Program-made: the position numbers and the translations under genes
Notes under the pieces: generated by a model
Databases searched by the model: none
Seen by the model: only the letters and a program-made list of their open reading frames with translations
What the model was told of the DNA's origin: nothing
Source: Antedon mediterranea
Taxonomy: Eukaryota; Animalia; Echinodermata
DNA length: 64,000 nt
Direction: 5' to 3'
NCBI RefSeq assembly: GCF_964355755.1
Contig: NC_092671.1
Location: 37,396,304 to 37,460,303, forward strand
In this document: piece after piece, positions 24,030 through 35,355 of the stretch
How positions within the stretch are numbered: the first letter of the stretch is position 1
How the letters are laid out: every line of letters starts with the position of its first letter

Positions 24030-27000
24030 TCAATGCGGATTAACTGCTAAATCAAGTTGCTTTTGTCTAATATATTCTGTATACGGCTGCTCCCACCATC
24101 CTAACCGGCGGCACGCTAAATCCATTTGTCCAAATGCATCTCTCTTGAATTGAAAATCGCGAAATAATCGTCCATCGACTCTTTTATCTGTGCATTTTTC
24201 TTCCCAAAATTGTTTTCGTTGTTTAAATATCTCCAACTCTTTTTCCATGCGTTCGTTGCCGAATGCTTGCACACGCCTCCAAAACGTCCGATTAAAATGA
24301 TCGAATAGGAGCACGTCTCCTTTATTCCATTTCCGAATCCGATGTTTTTCAGGTTCGGTTAATTCTCGTATTCTCTGTTTATTTCGTACGACTTTTGGTA
24401 AATACACAATATCGTCGTAATCCCAACACATTAAATCTTTAAGCAAAATCATAGATTCATCAAAATAATCCGATATTAATACTAAATCGATATCCTGATC
24501 CAGTGACGTTATCCTCTGTTTAATCTTATCTTCGTTGAATTTATCACGCATGCGTGTTAACCCAAAATCGTGCATCATGGGACATTTATTCGGACCGTAC
24601 GTATAGTTGATGTTGGATGGATCGTTCTCGGCTCGTCTTATGAACTCCATTAGCGGATTATCATACTGGTCAAGCCCAAGTTTGTGACTGGACCCGTAGT
24701 AATCGAAAGTGGATTCGAAATTCTTAACTGGAGATCGCACAATAGAAACAAATGATGTATCTGTTGCCATGACAGCTTGCATTTCTGAAAATTAGTAGAA
24801 CTAGTTTAGAAAACATTAAAATTCATAACTGTTTTATTTATTGCTTTAATGGTATCATTTTGATCACTCATAGCTAAGGTCATTATGACAATTTATAAAT
24901 GATATTTAAATATAACACAGAGGTTATACTGTACTACGTCTTAGGCTTAGTCATTTCGCCGTGTGCGATATTTCTTTTCGTACATAAGTTGGGGACCCCT
25001 CATGAAACGTCACAAATAAACATGAATATTCATTAGTCATGTCCATAAGGTGTGACGTAAGAATTGCTACAGTTTGCTCAAGCAAACGCGTGCATTCCGT
25101 CGAGTCGAGTGGATTAAACTAGGCCTATGGACTTTGTATGTCGATGTATGGGGTTCGAATCTCATGAGCAACTTCTTTTTACTTTATAGTGAGAGAGAGA
25201 TTACATAGAGGGTTAGATTTAGTAGTTTGGCTATCTTTCACATAAGTTGGTTTCATTTAGCCAATTGTCGCTAAGTTTTATGGACTGGTCATTAACTTAC
25301 TTACTGCGGGTAAATAACTAAATGGCCATCTCGTAACCAGGACGATGAAAATACATTGAGTTCATTTACCTTGTTTATTGAAGACAGCATGATGGCAAAA
25401 TATATCGTACTGCTGTATACCAGGTATGTGCATCACAAACTCGCGTTTGAACCGGCGCGTGTAGTCGAAGACGTGTCGGTAGTAAAACGCGTTTTCGTTT
25501 GGAAGTGCGAACGTTAAATTGCGTTTATCACCGAAACGCAGTAGTATATTTTGCAACGTAGAACTGGCGCATTTGTGCGTCTTTTGAAATAGTATGCTTG
25601 TCCTAGGTTTACATCTGTTACTGTTAGGGGAGTTCTGATTCTTTTCTTGCGGCGGTACCTAAAATATGGAAAATAGAAAGCTATCAAACTTTAAACAATG
25701 TGACGTGCCCATGATGATGTCGTATCACTACCATATTTAGGCACATCACACTTTTTTTGTCAAAACTAGTTTGATAGTGTAGACAGAGCTTTAGAGAGTT
25801 CTCAATACAAGCAAATCAAGAATAGAAAACGCCATCAATGTTTCGACGTTCTTGTGTTGTGCTTTTTACAAATATCATAAATGAATAACAGTTCATGATA
25901 TGAGGGAAATGCTACTTATAAAAGATCGCAATGTGATAGGTCACATTGTGAAAGGATCCCACGGGTATGGACTGTGTAATTGTGTTTATGTAATTTGTAA
26001 AACATTTTGTCTGCTGACACGCAGAGATCTTTGTGTCATAGAATCATGGAAAAGTATGAATCAATCTTCTACAATTACATTCATATGCTTTTAAGACTGG
26101 AGATTACTATCATCTGACCATAACAATCTAACAACAGAACACTGAGCTCGCCTTGACAAGATATGAACTCGTAACAGTCCTTTGATCTTTTGTCTGGCTG
26201 CGACAAATACCAACAGTACTGTACTGTACTGCCTGGTACATAATGACACATTATTCTCCGCGGCGCACGATGTCTGTTAAAAATGGGTGTGGAATTGATC
26301 GTGTCGCAGCCACAGACCAACCCTCTGATCTCCTGAGCTCAGAATCCTCTTGTTCGATTGCCTTGATCTGATGACCAAATAGAAAAATCTTGCTATGAAC
26401 AGTTTGGTTTTCGATAATTTTGTTGTGGCGTTATTATGGACACAGAGCTCGCCTTGCCAAGATAGGCATTCGTAACAGTAGGCCTACTGTAACTATGTTA
26501 AAATGGGCGTGGAACTGTTTCGCAGTCACAGATACATCCTTTGATCTCCTGAGCTCAGCATCCTGTTTTTCCATTGCCGCCTTGATCTGACTGAGTAAAT
26601 ACATACATCTCTATGAAAAGTTTGATTTACGATGATTTTTGTGGCGTTATATGGGCACGTAACTTACATTTTCATTTATAATCTTAACAAGTCGATTAAT
26701 TTCTTCTTCTAACTTTAGTATTGGCTGTGACCCCGGCTGTGACCTACAAAAACATAAAGGAAATAATCTAAAGCTCTGTCTACACTATCAAACTGTATGT
26801 GAAAAAAAATTACCCATAGATAGACATCATATCACTACCATCTTTGGGCATATCAGTACAATATTTGGCTCATCAAACTGTTTTTGTCAAACTATTTTGA
26901 TAGTGTAGACAGAGTTTAATTGATTTTGTTATATATATTATGTTAGTATGATTAATAAAAATATTGTTTCTATTTTGTACTTATAAGTACTATTTCTTTA

Positions 27001-27238
27001 TATTTCAAACCATTAAATTGTTTCATTTAAAGCAATTACCATGAAATGTGATTCAACTACATTGTCTATGGAACGGAAATGGTGCAATTAACACTTCGCT
27101 TAGTAGAATATTAATATAAACAGAATACTACCTTTCTTGGCATTCCTGGTTGTGTCCAGGGTGGTTTAGATGTAACGATATTAACATATAGAAGATAATG
27201 GTGATTAACAACCCAATCCAAAAAAGCTTTTGTTTCAT
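24030..27238 (-). CDS. Galactose-3-O-sulfotransferase-like G1 (~408 aa); exons 27238-27132, 26743-26668, 25658-25370, 24784-24030
   Basis: Type II membrane anchor MKQKLFWIGLLITIIFYMLISL; 5'-PSB FQKTHKCASST; FCHH; 3'-PB IVRSPVKNFES; LVLISDYFDESMILLKDLMCW. 1227 nt in frame. Confidence 0.9.
26140..26650. repeat. Diverged tandem duplication (~300/210 bp) in a G1 intron
   Basis: gagctcgccttg.caagata...aaaatggg.gtggaa...tgatctcctgagctcag.atcct...ccttgatctga...gtggcgttat occurs twice. Confidence 0.7.
26772..26916. mobile_element. MITE family A copy (partial copies also at ~7306, 14150, 18560, 19074, 25678, 28225, 32857, 33945, 43700, 47798, 55503)
   Basis: TIRs as above; TAA/TAA TSD. Confidence 0.85.
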
Positions 27239-27643
27239 CTTCGTTTTAGCTTCAGTTCTACGAATATCATAATTTAATTTCTATTTGAGAAAAAGGAAAT
27301 TGAGAGGAAATTAACCATCATCAAAAATTAATAATAATGATTTTCGAATATTCAAACGACGTTTTACTTAATTTAATACTGACCCACCGGCTTATGATAT
27401 TATTATTATTGGCCTACATAACCATTTTGTAAATAATTGTCAGTGACACCACCACAAAGAGACAACCAATCCAATTGGAGTGAATAGGACCATGGACCTG
27501 TAAAAATGTTCATGGTGCAACAACGAGTAGGGCGTTACTAGTCCACACAAACACATCCACTATCGCACACAACCACTGTGCAATTGGGACTGGACCGTTT
27601 TCAGAGGTGTTTACCACCTGTTGGTCCCCCGATCCTTCAATAA

Positions 27644-27859
27644 AGCGTGGTTCCCACTAGCGACGTAACGTAACGCAAACGACGCAACGTAAGAAAATGC
27701 CTTTCCAATAATTGTGTTTGCCCCCGCCTGCGTGAAATCAAACCTACGATGTTTGCAGCACTATTGCGTCGTCGGTTTTTCACTACATGTGATTACGAAA
27801 TACAGCACTTTGCGTCGATACGTCGCTGTGTTACGTTGCGTTCTAGTGGGAACCAAGCT
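27644..27859. mobile_element. MITE family B (TIR agc(g/t)tggttcccactag), internal type II
   Basis: TIRs at both ends; TAA/TAA TSD; acgcaacg sub-terminal repeats. Confidence 0.85.
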
Positions 27860-29397
27860 TAACGGTGTTAGTGAGAAGTTGAATAAGTGAAAATTAAAAA
27901 TCTCGATTAAGTGATGAGACACTAACTGATTGGAATCTTTACTGGCAAAATGTAGAAAGCGACAGAGGGCTTTCTATTTTTAACGTTGAAGATGCTAACA
28001 AACTCGAGATTTTCAAAATTTTCGTGACGTCACCAATATATCGATTCTTTTTCCTGAAAATCAATAGGCATTGTCTAATGGTTTAAGCGGTTTGCAGAAA
28101 GAATCATGACTTCCATCCGTCTTGAAAATTACGATATAGGACTTCATACTTGTATACTTGTATAGACAAAAGTATTTTGCCAATAAAATTTAGGGAAAGT
28201 TACGAATGGCAAAATTACGACTAACGCTCTATCTACACTATCAAACTCTATGTGACAAGAAAAATGTGATATCCCCATATATGGACACGATGATGTCATA
28301 TCACTACCGTATTTGGGCATATCACTACCATATTTGGGCACATCACACTTGTTGTCAAACTAGTTTATATAGTCTTTCGTGGCATCCTCACTGAACCCTT
28401 ATCGTACATTTGCATACATTTCTACTCTATTCATTATCACTAATACTAATCCTAGATACAATCATGACATGACGAAATGACGTCATCATGTTTCAATACC
28501 TTCGTTGAAAAATTATTTTCGATGATTACTAATTCTACACCATCGTAACATCATCGATGCAATAGTAGGCCTACTCTTAATGTCATATTTTAACAATTTA
28601 TTTTCTTTCGATGCAATATTAGGCCTACTCTTTATGTCATATTTTAACAATTTATTTTCTTTGAACAAATTAAAATTTTCTAATAAATTCCAGGTTCTGC
28701 TGCGGATATTAACAGAATCGATTTTACATTTGATTTCATGAATTATGACTGAATTAGAAGCCGTCTAAAATAACATGATAAATGATTATGTTATAGGCGT
28801 TATTGTAATAGAGGCTTAGTAACACACAGGATACACCCATTTAAAGTGACCCAATTAGAGATTAAAATAATATTAATTATTATTAAAATATGATTTCTTT
28901 TTGTGAGGAAATCTTTTCCAAACTATAGGATTAAGAAACTAGATTTACAAATAACAGTACTTACCTAGCATAGTTCATTGCCTGCAATGTACACGATATT
29001 CAACCTTTTCCAACGATGTCATATCTTGACTCTTTGCTTGGGAATATTTTGGTTTTAAAAATCAGGTTTCCTTCTGTATGAATCACAGAGTCGAGCAGAG
29101 GAAACAGCTTGTTAGTACAACTTTCGTGAAAGCAGACGATAAGTACCTTACTATGACATCATAGTTCAGAGAGCACTGATTTGTCAGTTGTTAGGCCTAC
29201 ACTTCTTGTGTTGAAATTATTAAGAACTATCGAAGAGTCGCCTTCCGCGCGGCCATCGGTATACGTTTGTGTCGTGGCGATGGCTACTCTGTTATCTGCA
29301 GTAGTGTTGTATATTCCAATTGAATGGATTGGTGGTGAAAAGCAAGATGAAAACAAGAACTTTCCTTATACCACCTTGTTGTAATTTATTGTACAAA

Positions 29398-29750
29398 TAT
29401 GATGAAAACACATACGGTAGCTTATAAATGTTATTGAAGTACCCTCGTTATTCACGCCATCAGTGTGCCAAAAGCTAGATCTTTTATCCCAGATTTTTAA
29501 TAATAATTCCGCATTTCGTACGTTTTATACTCATTTATTAAACTCATATTTTAATAACAAATTAATATGAAAACACATACGGTAGCTTAATGTTATTGAA
29601 GTACCCCCGTTATTCACGCCATCAATGTGCCAAAAGCTATAGTAATATCATTAAAATGTTCTCAGTTAGATCTTTTGTCCCATATTTTTAATAATATTTC
29701 CGCATCTCGTACGTTTTATACTCATTTATTAAAGCCATATTTTAATAATG
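29398..29750. repeat. Tandem duplication, ~165-bp unit x2
   Basis: atgaaaacacatacggtagctta...ttattcacgccatca.tgtgccaaaagcta...cgtacgttttatactcatttattaaa repeated. Confidence 0.8.
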
Positions 29751-30165
29751 AAACGTCTGATATTAAAGGTACTTTAGTTTCTCGTGTTATTAATTCTGTT
29801 TGCACCGACAACTTTTAACTTATTAAATCTATTTTTTAGGTTAATTATTGTTAAGAAAGTTAAGTCGCACTATAAAAATAATTTTGTATTGACCACGTAC
29901 TTGTGACAGTGTGAAATTCTTTAATAACGATTTAGATAGCATTTACAGGTTATTGTTGCCATTTAAAATATGTTTAGGCCTATATGGTTATATTGATTTA
30001 GGCACTTCTCCTTCTGGAGGTTTTATGAAATAAATAAGCTTAAAATAAACAAAATATATAATGTAGTAAAATAATACTGTATGCCTAATAAATAAATGCA
30101 CTAGCAAACACACTGTATCGTTCGAATGCGACAGGCTAGGCCTACATAATCCTGGCGGGTAAACA

Positions 30166-30259
30166 GACGATCGGACCCACGGACGGTCGGGCCCACGGAC
30201 GATCGGGCCCACGGACGATTGGACCCACGGACGATCGGGCCCACGGACGATCGGATCCA
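30166..30259. repeat. GC-rich 16-bp minisatellite (~5.5 copies)
   Basis: Unit cccacggacgatcgg(g/a). Confidence 0.85.
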
Positions 30260-31123
30260 TCATACACTTTTTGCTGGTGTATCACTTTGAATCAAATCCA
30301 TAAAAAAAATTATTCGATGTGAAACATGAGTCTTTGGTATAGTGTTTGACGTCACTACGAACATACATCGTTAAACGCGCGCGTACACGTACATTGATCA
30401 TTGATTGTAAGGGCACATGCATGTCAACAACAAAGGACCGTAGTTATTGATTTTTTTAAACGATTAATTATCAATTACAGGATGATCATCTAAGGAAATA
30501 TCGCATTAATTTGGTTGTCAGCACCAGTTTACGTTAAACAAAGAGTGACATCCGTTCTACAAACAAGACATCAATCTTAGGGCTTAGAGAGAGGCGTTAT
30601 AATATAAATATAGTGGTTGGTGAAACCCCTTCGAAGCAGCTGAGGGAATTAGGAATTGTCTCAAGTAGTCCTCCGCCTACCGGTTTCTGGCCGATAAAAA
30701 TCAGGACGATTCAATCGGGCAAAACAATAAATGTAAAAATCTATATTTAGTTGTAATTATAGTTTAACGTGAAAGGTCATGCCCCTTTGGAAAATACAGA
30801 TTATTGTTTATTGCTGGTCCAAGAAATATAAAACACGTGGGCAATAAACTACCGCAAACTTTATTTCTACACACAAGTCATTCTTTCATTCAAAACATCA
30901 TCACTTATAAGTTCATATTTAGAATTATTGAAATATAGAAACTGTTGGTTACCTAAATCACTGTAATTCATACATATATTTATAATAATATAGCCACTTG
31001 TTCTTGAGCTATGGAGAATTTTGTACTCTGTATTATTTTTTCCGAAATAAAAAGATGAAATGAAATTAAATGAGTACGTACCATTCAGGAACTTTAAATG
31101 CTAACTCAGTGGCTTGATTTTAT

Positions 31124-31225
31124 TTGTGAATAACGTTTGTGAATCACGTTTGTTAATAACGTTTGTGAATCACGTTTGTGAATAACGTTTGTGAATAATG
31201 TTTGTGAATAACGTTTGTGAATAAC
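31124..31225. repeat. 13-bp tandem repeat (~8 copies)
   Basis: Unit gtttgtgaat(a/c)ac; one further copy at ~31329. Confidence 0.85.
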
Positions 31226-31512
31226 TTTCTTACTTGTTTACTTGTTTCCGGAACTCAGCATTTGCTGAGTCCGGAGTCGAGGCTAGACTATGCCTCCTAT
31301 AAGCCCCTCTTGAAAATAACATCAAAAACGTTTGTGAATCACGTTTTTTGTCACAAACGTGACACGATACAACATATTAAATGGCTATCCTGATTTGTAT
31401 TATGTATAATAATTGTGATGTTATTATTGTTATTAGAAATTCGAACAAAGTTAATCAATAAATCATTCCCACTGGCTGCAAGAACACAATGGGAACACAA
31501 TTTTGTATTTAA

Positions 31513-31659
31513 AGCTCTGTCTACACTATCAACTAGTATGACAAAAGTGTGATGTGCCCAAATATGGTAGTGATATGCCAAATACGGTAGTGATATGACA
31601 TCATCCATTCATATATGGGCACGTAACATTTGTTTATAAATGATGGTGTAGACAGAGCT
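31513..31659. mobile_element. MITE family A copy, ~30 bp downstream of the G2 stop codon
   Basis: TIRs as above. Confidence 0.8.
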
Positions 31660-31688
31660 TCATTGATTGATTGGCAGTTAAACTCCTG

Positions 31689-34188
31689 TTAATTATCTAT
31701 AGTAGTAATATTGAACATTACACGTTGTTTTTGACGTATGTATCTCGTATAAAACACTTCCAGTCTAGTCATTCTCCAGCATGGCGATCCTTCTTCCATT
31801 TTACCATTTGATTTTACACCAACAAAATAACGGGAGATATTAATGCCATTTGTACATTTTTCTTTCCAAAACTCTTTTCTTTCTCTGAATTGTTTTAATT
31901 CTTTCCGCATTCGATCTCGTCCGAATTCCTCTATTTCCCGCCACAAAGATTGGTTGAAATAATCGAATAGTTTTACGTCACCGAAATTCCATTTTTTTAT
32001 TCGATCAGCTAAACTATCATCAATGATGTTTCTACTTTCGTTTTTACGAACAAGTTGAGGAAAATAAACAATATCGTCAAAATCCCAACATAATCTTTCT
32101 TTTAAAATAATCAAGGACTCGTCAAAATGATCCGTAATGACTGCAAATTGCATTGACGATTTAACATTGTTAATTATTGAATCTATCACTGATTCGTTTC
32201 CTTTGTCTTTCAGCCCAAATGCATTTAACATTGGGTTTCGTTTCTTAACATATTTCGCATTTGATGGGTCTGCTTTCTCGGCTCTGTTTATGAACTCTAG
32301 TAAAGGGTTGGTGTAGTTGAGTAGGTCCAAATGCTTTGCATATCCGAAGTATGAAAACGTTGACTCAAACACTCGAACCGGACTTCGAATAACCGTCATA
32401 ATGAGGGCGCCATCGTACACAATGTTCTTAAATGCTAAAGGTAAACGCAACAAATATACATTTATTTTATTTCTTTTATTTTAATGTTGAAATAAACATG
32501 TTAATAATATCAATATCAACATTTATTATATAGGAACCGTTTGTTTTTACGACTCACCACTAGTACGCACCTATTAAGTCTACGCATGTATTTGGAAGTA
32601 CGCTAAATGAATTTTTGACTTGTGGCACGTCGTGAATGTAACATCATACATTGAGGAGCTATACTATAGGACATTGTTGAAGTTGAAGTAAGGATACTAA
32701 ATATCGTCTAATAAAACTGTTGATTGTTTAAATCCTATTTGGTGAACGGTTCGTTTTAGTTGAGTGCAAACGCGACTCTACAGTTCACTATGTCGGTCGG
32801 TTGGTCGGTCGGTAAACACTAACTCAAATTTGCGCACGCGACTACAGCATAACTAATGCTTTGTCTACACTATCAAACTAGTTTGACGGAAAAAGTTTGA
32901 TGTGCCCAAAAGCGGTAGTGATATGACATTATCATGTCCATATATGGGCACATTTTTTTGTCACATATTGTTTGATAGTGTAAAACTATCAAGCGTTAAA
33001 GATATTACAAGAAACTTACCTGTTTCGTTGTATATACAGTGGTGACATAGCATATTATATCTTGGAACAGGCAACTCTTCAACAAATTCCGTTATCAGTG
33101 GTCTGCTCAGGGTGTACATGTGGTCGTATTGATTGTTGCCAATTTTTGGAAGAGCAAACGTCAAGTTGTGTTGGTCACCATATCGCAGAAGTATGTTTTG
33201 CATGGTAGAGCTTCCACATTTGTGAGTTTTAAGAAATGCGATGTTCTTTCTTGGTGTACATTTTTCTGTCACATACTCTGCCAAAACACGCTGGGTGTTA
33301 ATGCCTTTTGGTGTTGTTTGGTCAGTTAAGGTTGGTGTGATTTGGCCAGTAGTGTTGGAACCGTGTGTGCCTTGGTCAGCAGGGTTGGAACCGTGTGTGC
33401 CTTGGTCAGCAGTGTTGGAACCGTGTGTTACTTGGTCAGCAGTGCTGAAGATGTGTGTGACTCCAGTAGTATTTGAGTCATGTGTGCCTTGACCAGCATT
33501 GATGCTGAAGCCGCGTATCACTTGGTCAGTAGAACTGAAGCTGTGTGTGCCTTGTTCATTAGAGCTAGGACCTGGCCTGTACGTTGTATGGTGTGTTGAA
33601 CTTTGTGCCTCCGCTTGTAATCTTGCAACCGAGACATTCGGCGCTGAATATTCCCAAAGTCGATTTAAAATACTAAAAATAGTTACACGTTTTTAGTTTA
33701 GGCATTTAAAAAAATATTTCACTTGAATTTGTTATGGCCTAAGTAGGCCCGACTTTCATTCCATATTACAATGTGATAGGCCTAATATTCAATCATCGTG
33801 ATAATATATTAGAAATTTTGATTACCGTGAATATAACAACAACAATTATTGTAAAAACACCGATGGTGGTGACGATGGTTAGGAAGGTGATATTGACATC
33901 AATGGACAGAGTCATCCGTAGTTCAATTCAATCAAATTACATTAAGCTCTCTGTCTACACTATCAAACTTTATGTGACAAAAAATGTGATGTGCTCATAA
34001 TGGGCATGAAGATGTCATATCACTACCATATTTAAGCATATCACTACCATATATGGGCACATAGTTATCTTCAAATCTTACCTTCTATCATCATCAAAGG
34101 GTGATTTCGACCACAAAATCCAACTGCATCCAGTTATAAATAAACTGACGAGTAGTACATTTCGGTAGTAGTATGCTAATGTCGCCAT
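31689..34188 (-). CDS. Galactose-3-O-sulfotransferase-like G2 (~501 aa) with a repetitive stem; exons 34188-34082, 33672-33020, 32434-31689
   Basis: Anchor MATLAYYYRNVLLVSLFITGCSWILW; FLKTHKCGSST; LCHH; VIRSPVRVFES; HFDESLIILKERLCW. 1506 nt in frame. Confidence 0.9.
32754..32850. mobile_element. DINE/Helentron-like fragment
   Basis: ttttagttgagtgcaaacgcgactctac...gtcggtcggttggtcggtcggt microsatellite...gcacgcgacta. Confidence 0.4.
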
Positions 34189-34423
34189 TTGTAGTTAAAT
34201 TTAACAATGAACTATTAAGCTAACCACCAAAAAGAGGTGTAAACAATCAATTATTTAAATTAAAAGGGAAATCAATATCGGGGCATTCAGAAAGTAAGCA
34301 AATGCATTCGCCTGTGCTTGGTTTTGTTTAAAAGTTAGAAGTGATCGGTTCTTTCTTTGTTAATAATTTATACTAATAATTTACTTCGGATGCCCGCTAT
34401 GCTTATATCATGGAGTAGTTTAA

Positions 34424-34583
34424 AGCCTGGTTCCCACTATAGGACGTAACGCAAGGACGTAGACGCAACGCAAGCGAGTTGACCAATCACACGCGACTGT
34501 TCGAATAATCCATCGCTTGAGATTGGTCAAATCACTTTCAGTTGCGTTACGTTCTTGCGTTGCGTCCTAGTGGGAACCAAGCT
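34424..34583. mobile_element. MITE family B, internal type I, between divergent genes G2 and G3
   Basis: agcctggttcccacta...tagtgggaaccaagct with a palindromic gaccaatca/tggtc interior. Confidence 0.85.
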
Positions 34584-35355
34584 TTGATTAAGTAGATAGA
34601 CTTAAGATTTAGATTGTGTGTCACATGATGATATGTAATAGTTAGGCCTACTCAATTAAACCCGTACTACATCAACAGTGTTTTTTTTTTGTATACGAGT
34701 CCAGAATTGTATACGATCATTCTTAATGCAATCGCGACCTCAGATGACGAGAGTATGGCGCGCCAAGCTGTCATTTATTCGGAAATAAAGATATCCTATT
34801 CGTAAAATACAACTAATATTTCATTCAGTCAAGAATGAAATCTCTCAACTTATGAAAATATTTGCCATTGCAAACGTTCATTATTTGTAAATTTTAATAT
34901 TTATAATACAGCAATTACGGCAAATTAGTATAAAGCAAAGTTACTAATAATGAAATGGTACGGTAGTGAACATGCGCAGTCTCACAGGCAGTAGGTGTAT
35001 ATAGTGAACATACGACGAAAGTTAAAACTTAATTACAGATTATCTCAAATGAACGTATATACAGTAATTGATAACTTCGTGGAGAGAAATGGTTTGAAAT
35101 GAAAATGTAGTATTTTAGCAACAAACCTTTCATTCTATAAATATTAAATACAGGTGAAGATATAGTAGGCCTATTTACAGTTTTTTTTTTCAATATCCAT
35201 GTTTCATTATGTATACCAGTGGATTTGTGAATGTGTCAGCTGCGTAGTTTACGCCCCAACGCGTTATTTTCAATTTAAAGGATTAGGGAATATGGGATTA
35301 CCGTACTCTACTAATACTAAACGAATTGCGAGCATGAAAGCAAAATTAACTTAAA

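Noticed and set aside
25098-25175. tRNA-like sequence (gagtggattaa...ggttcgaatctc); similar at 55663-55737
   Set aside because: No complete cloverleaf could be folded, and the first is interrupted by taggccta; more likely decayed SINE heads.
29159-29384. Overlapping ORFs upstream of G1
   Set aside because: No homology recognised; more plausibly G1 promoter or 5'UTR sequence.
30166-31225. Regular short repeats (16-bp and 13-bp) and the 29988-30263 ORF resembling an array
   Set aside because: No unique spacers, no cas genes, eukaryotic context; these are plain minisatellites and the ORF is a repeat translation.
33793-33915. 40-aa hydrophobic minus-strand ORF in G2 intron 1 as an alternative membrane-anchor exon
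   Set aside because: Its only plausible donor gives phase 0, whereas exon 2 needs phase 2; low-complexity atc/acc/gtt sequence explains the hydrophobicity.
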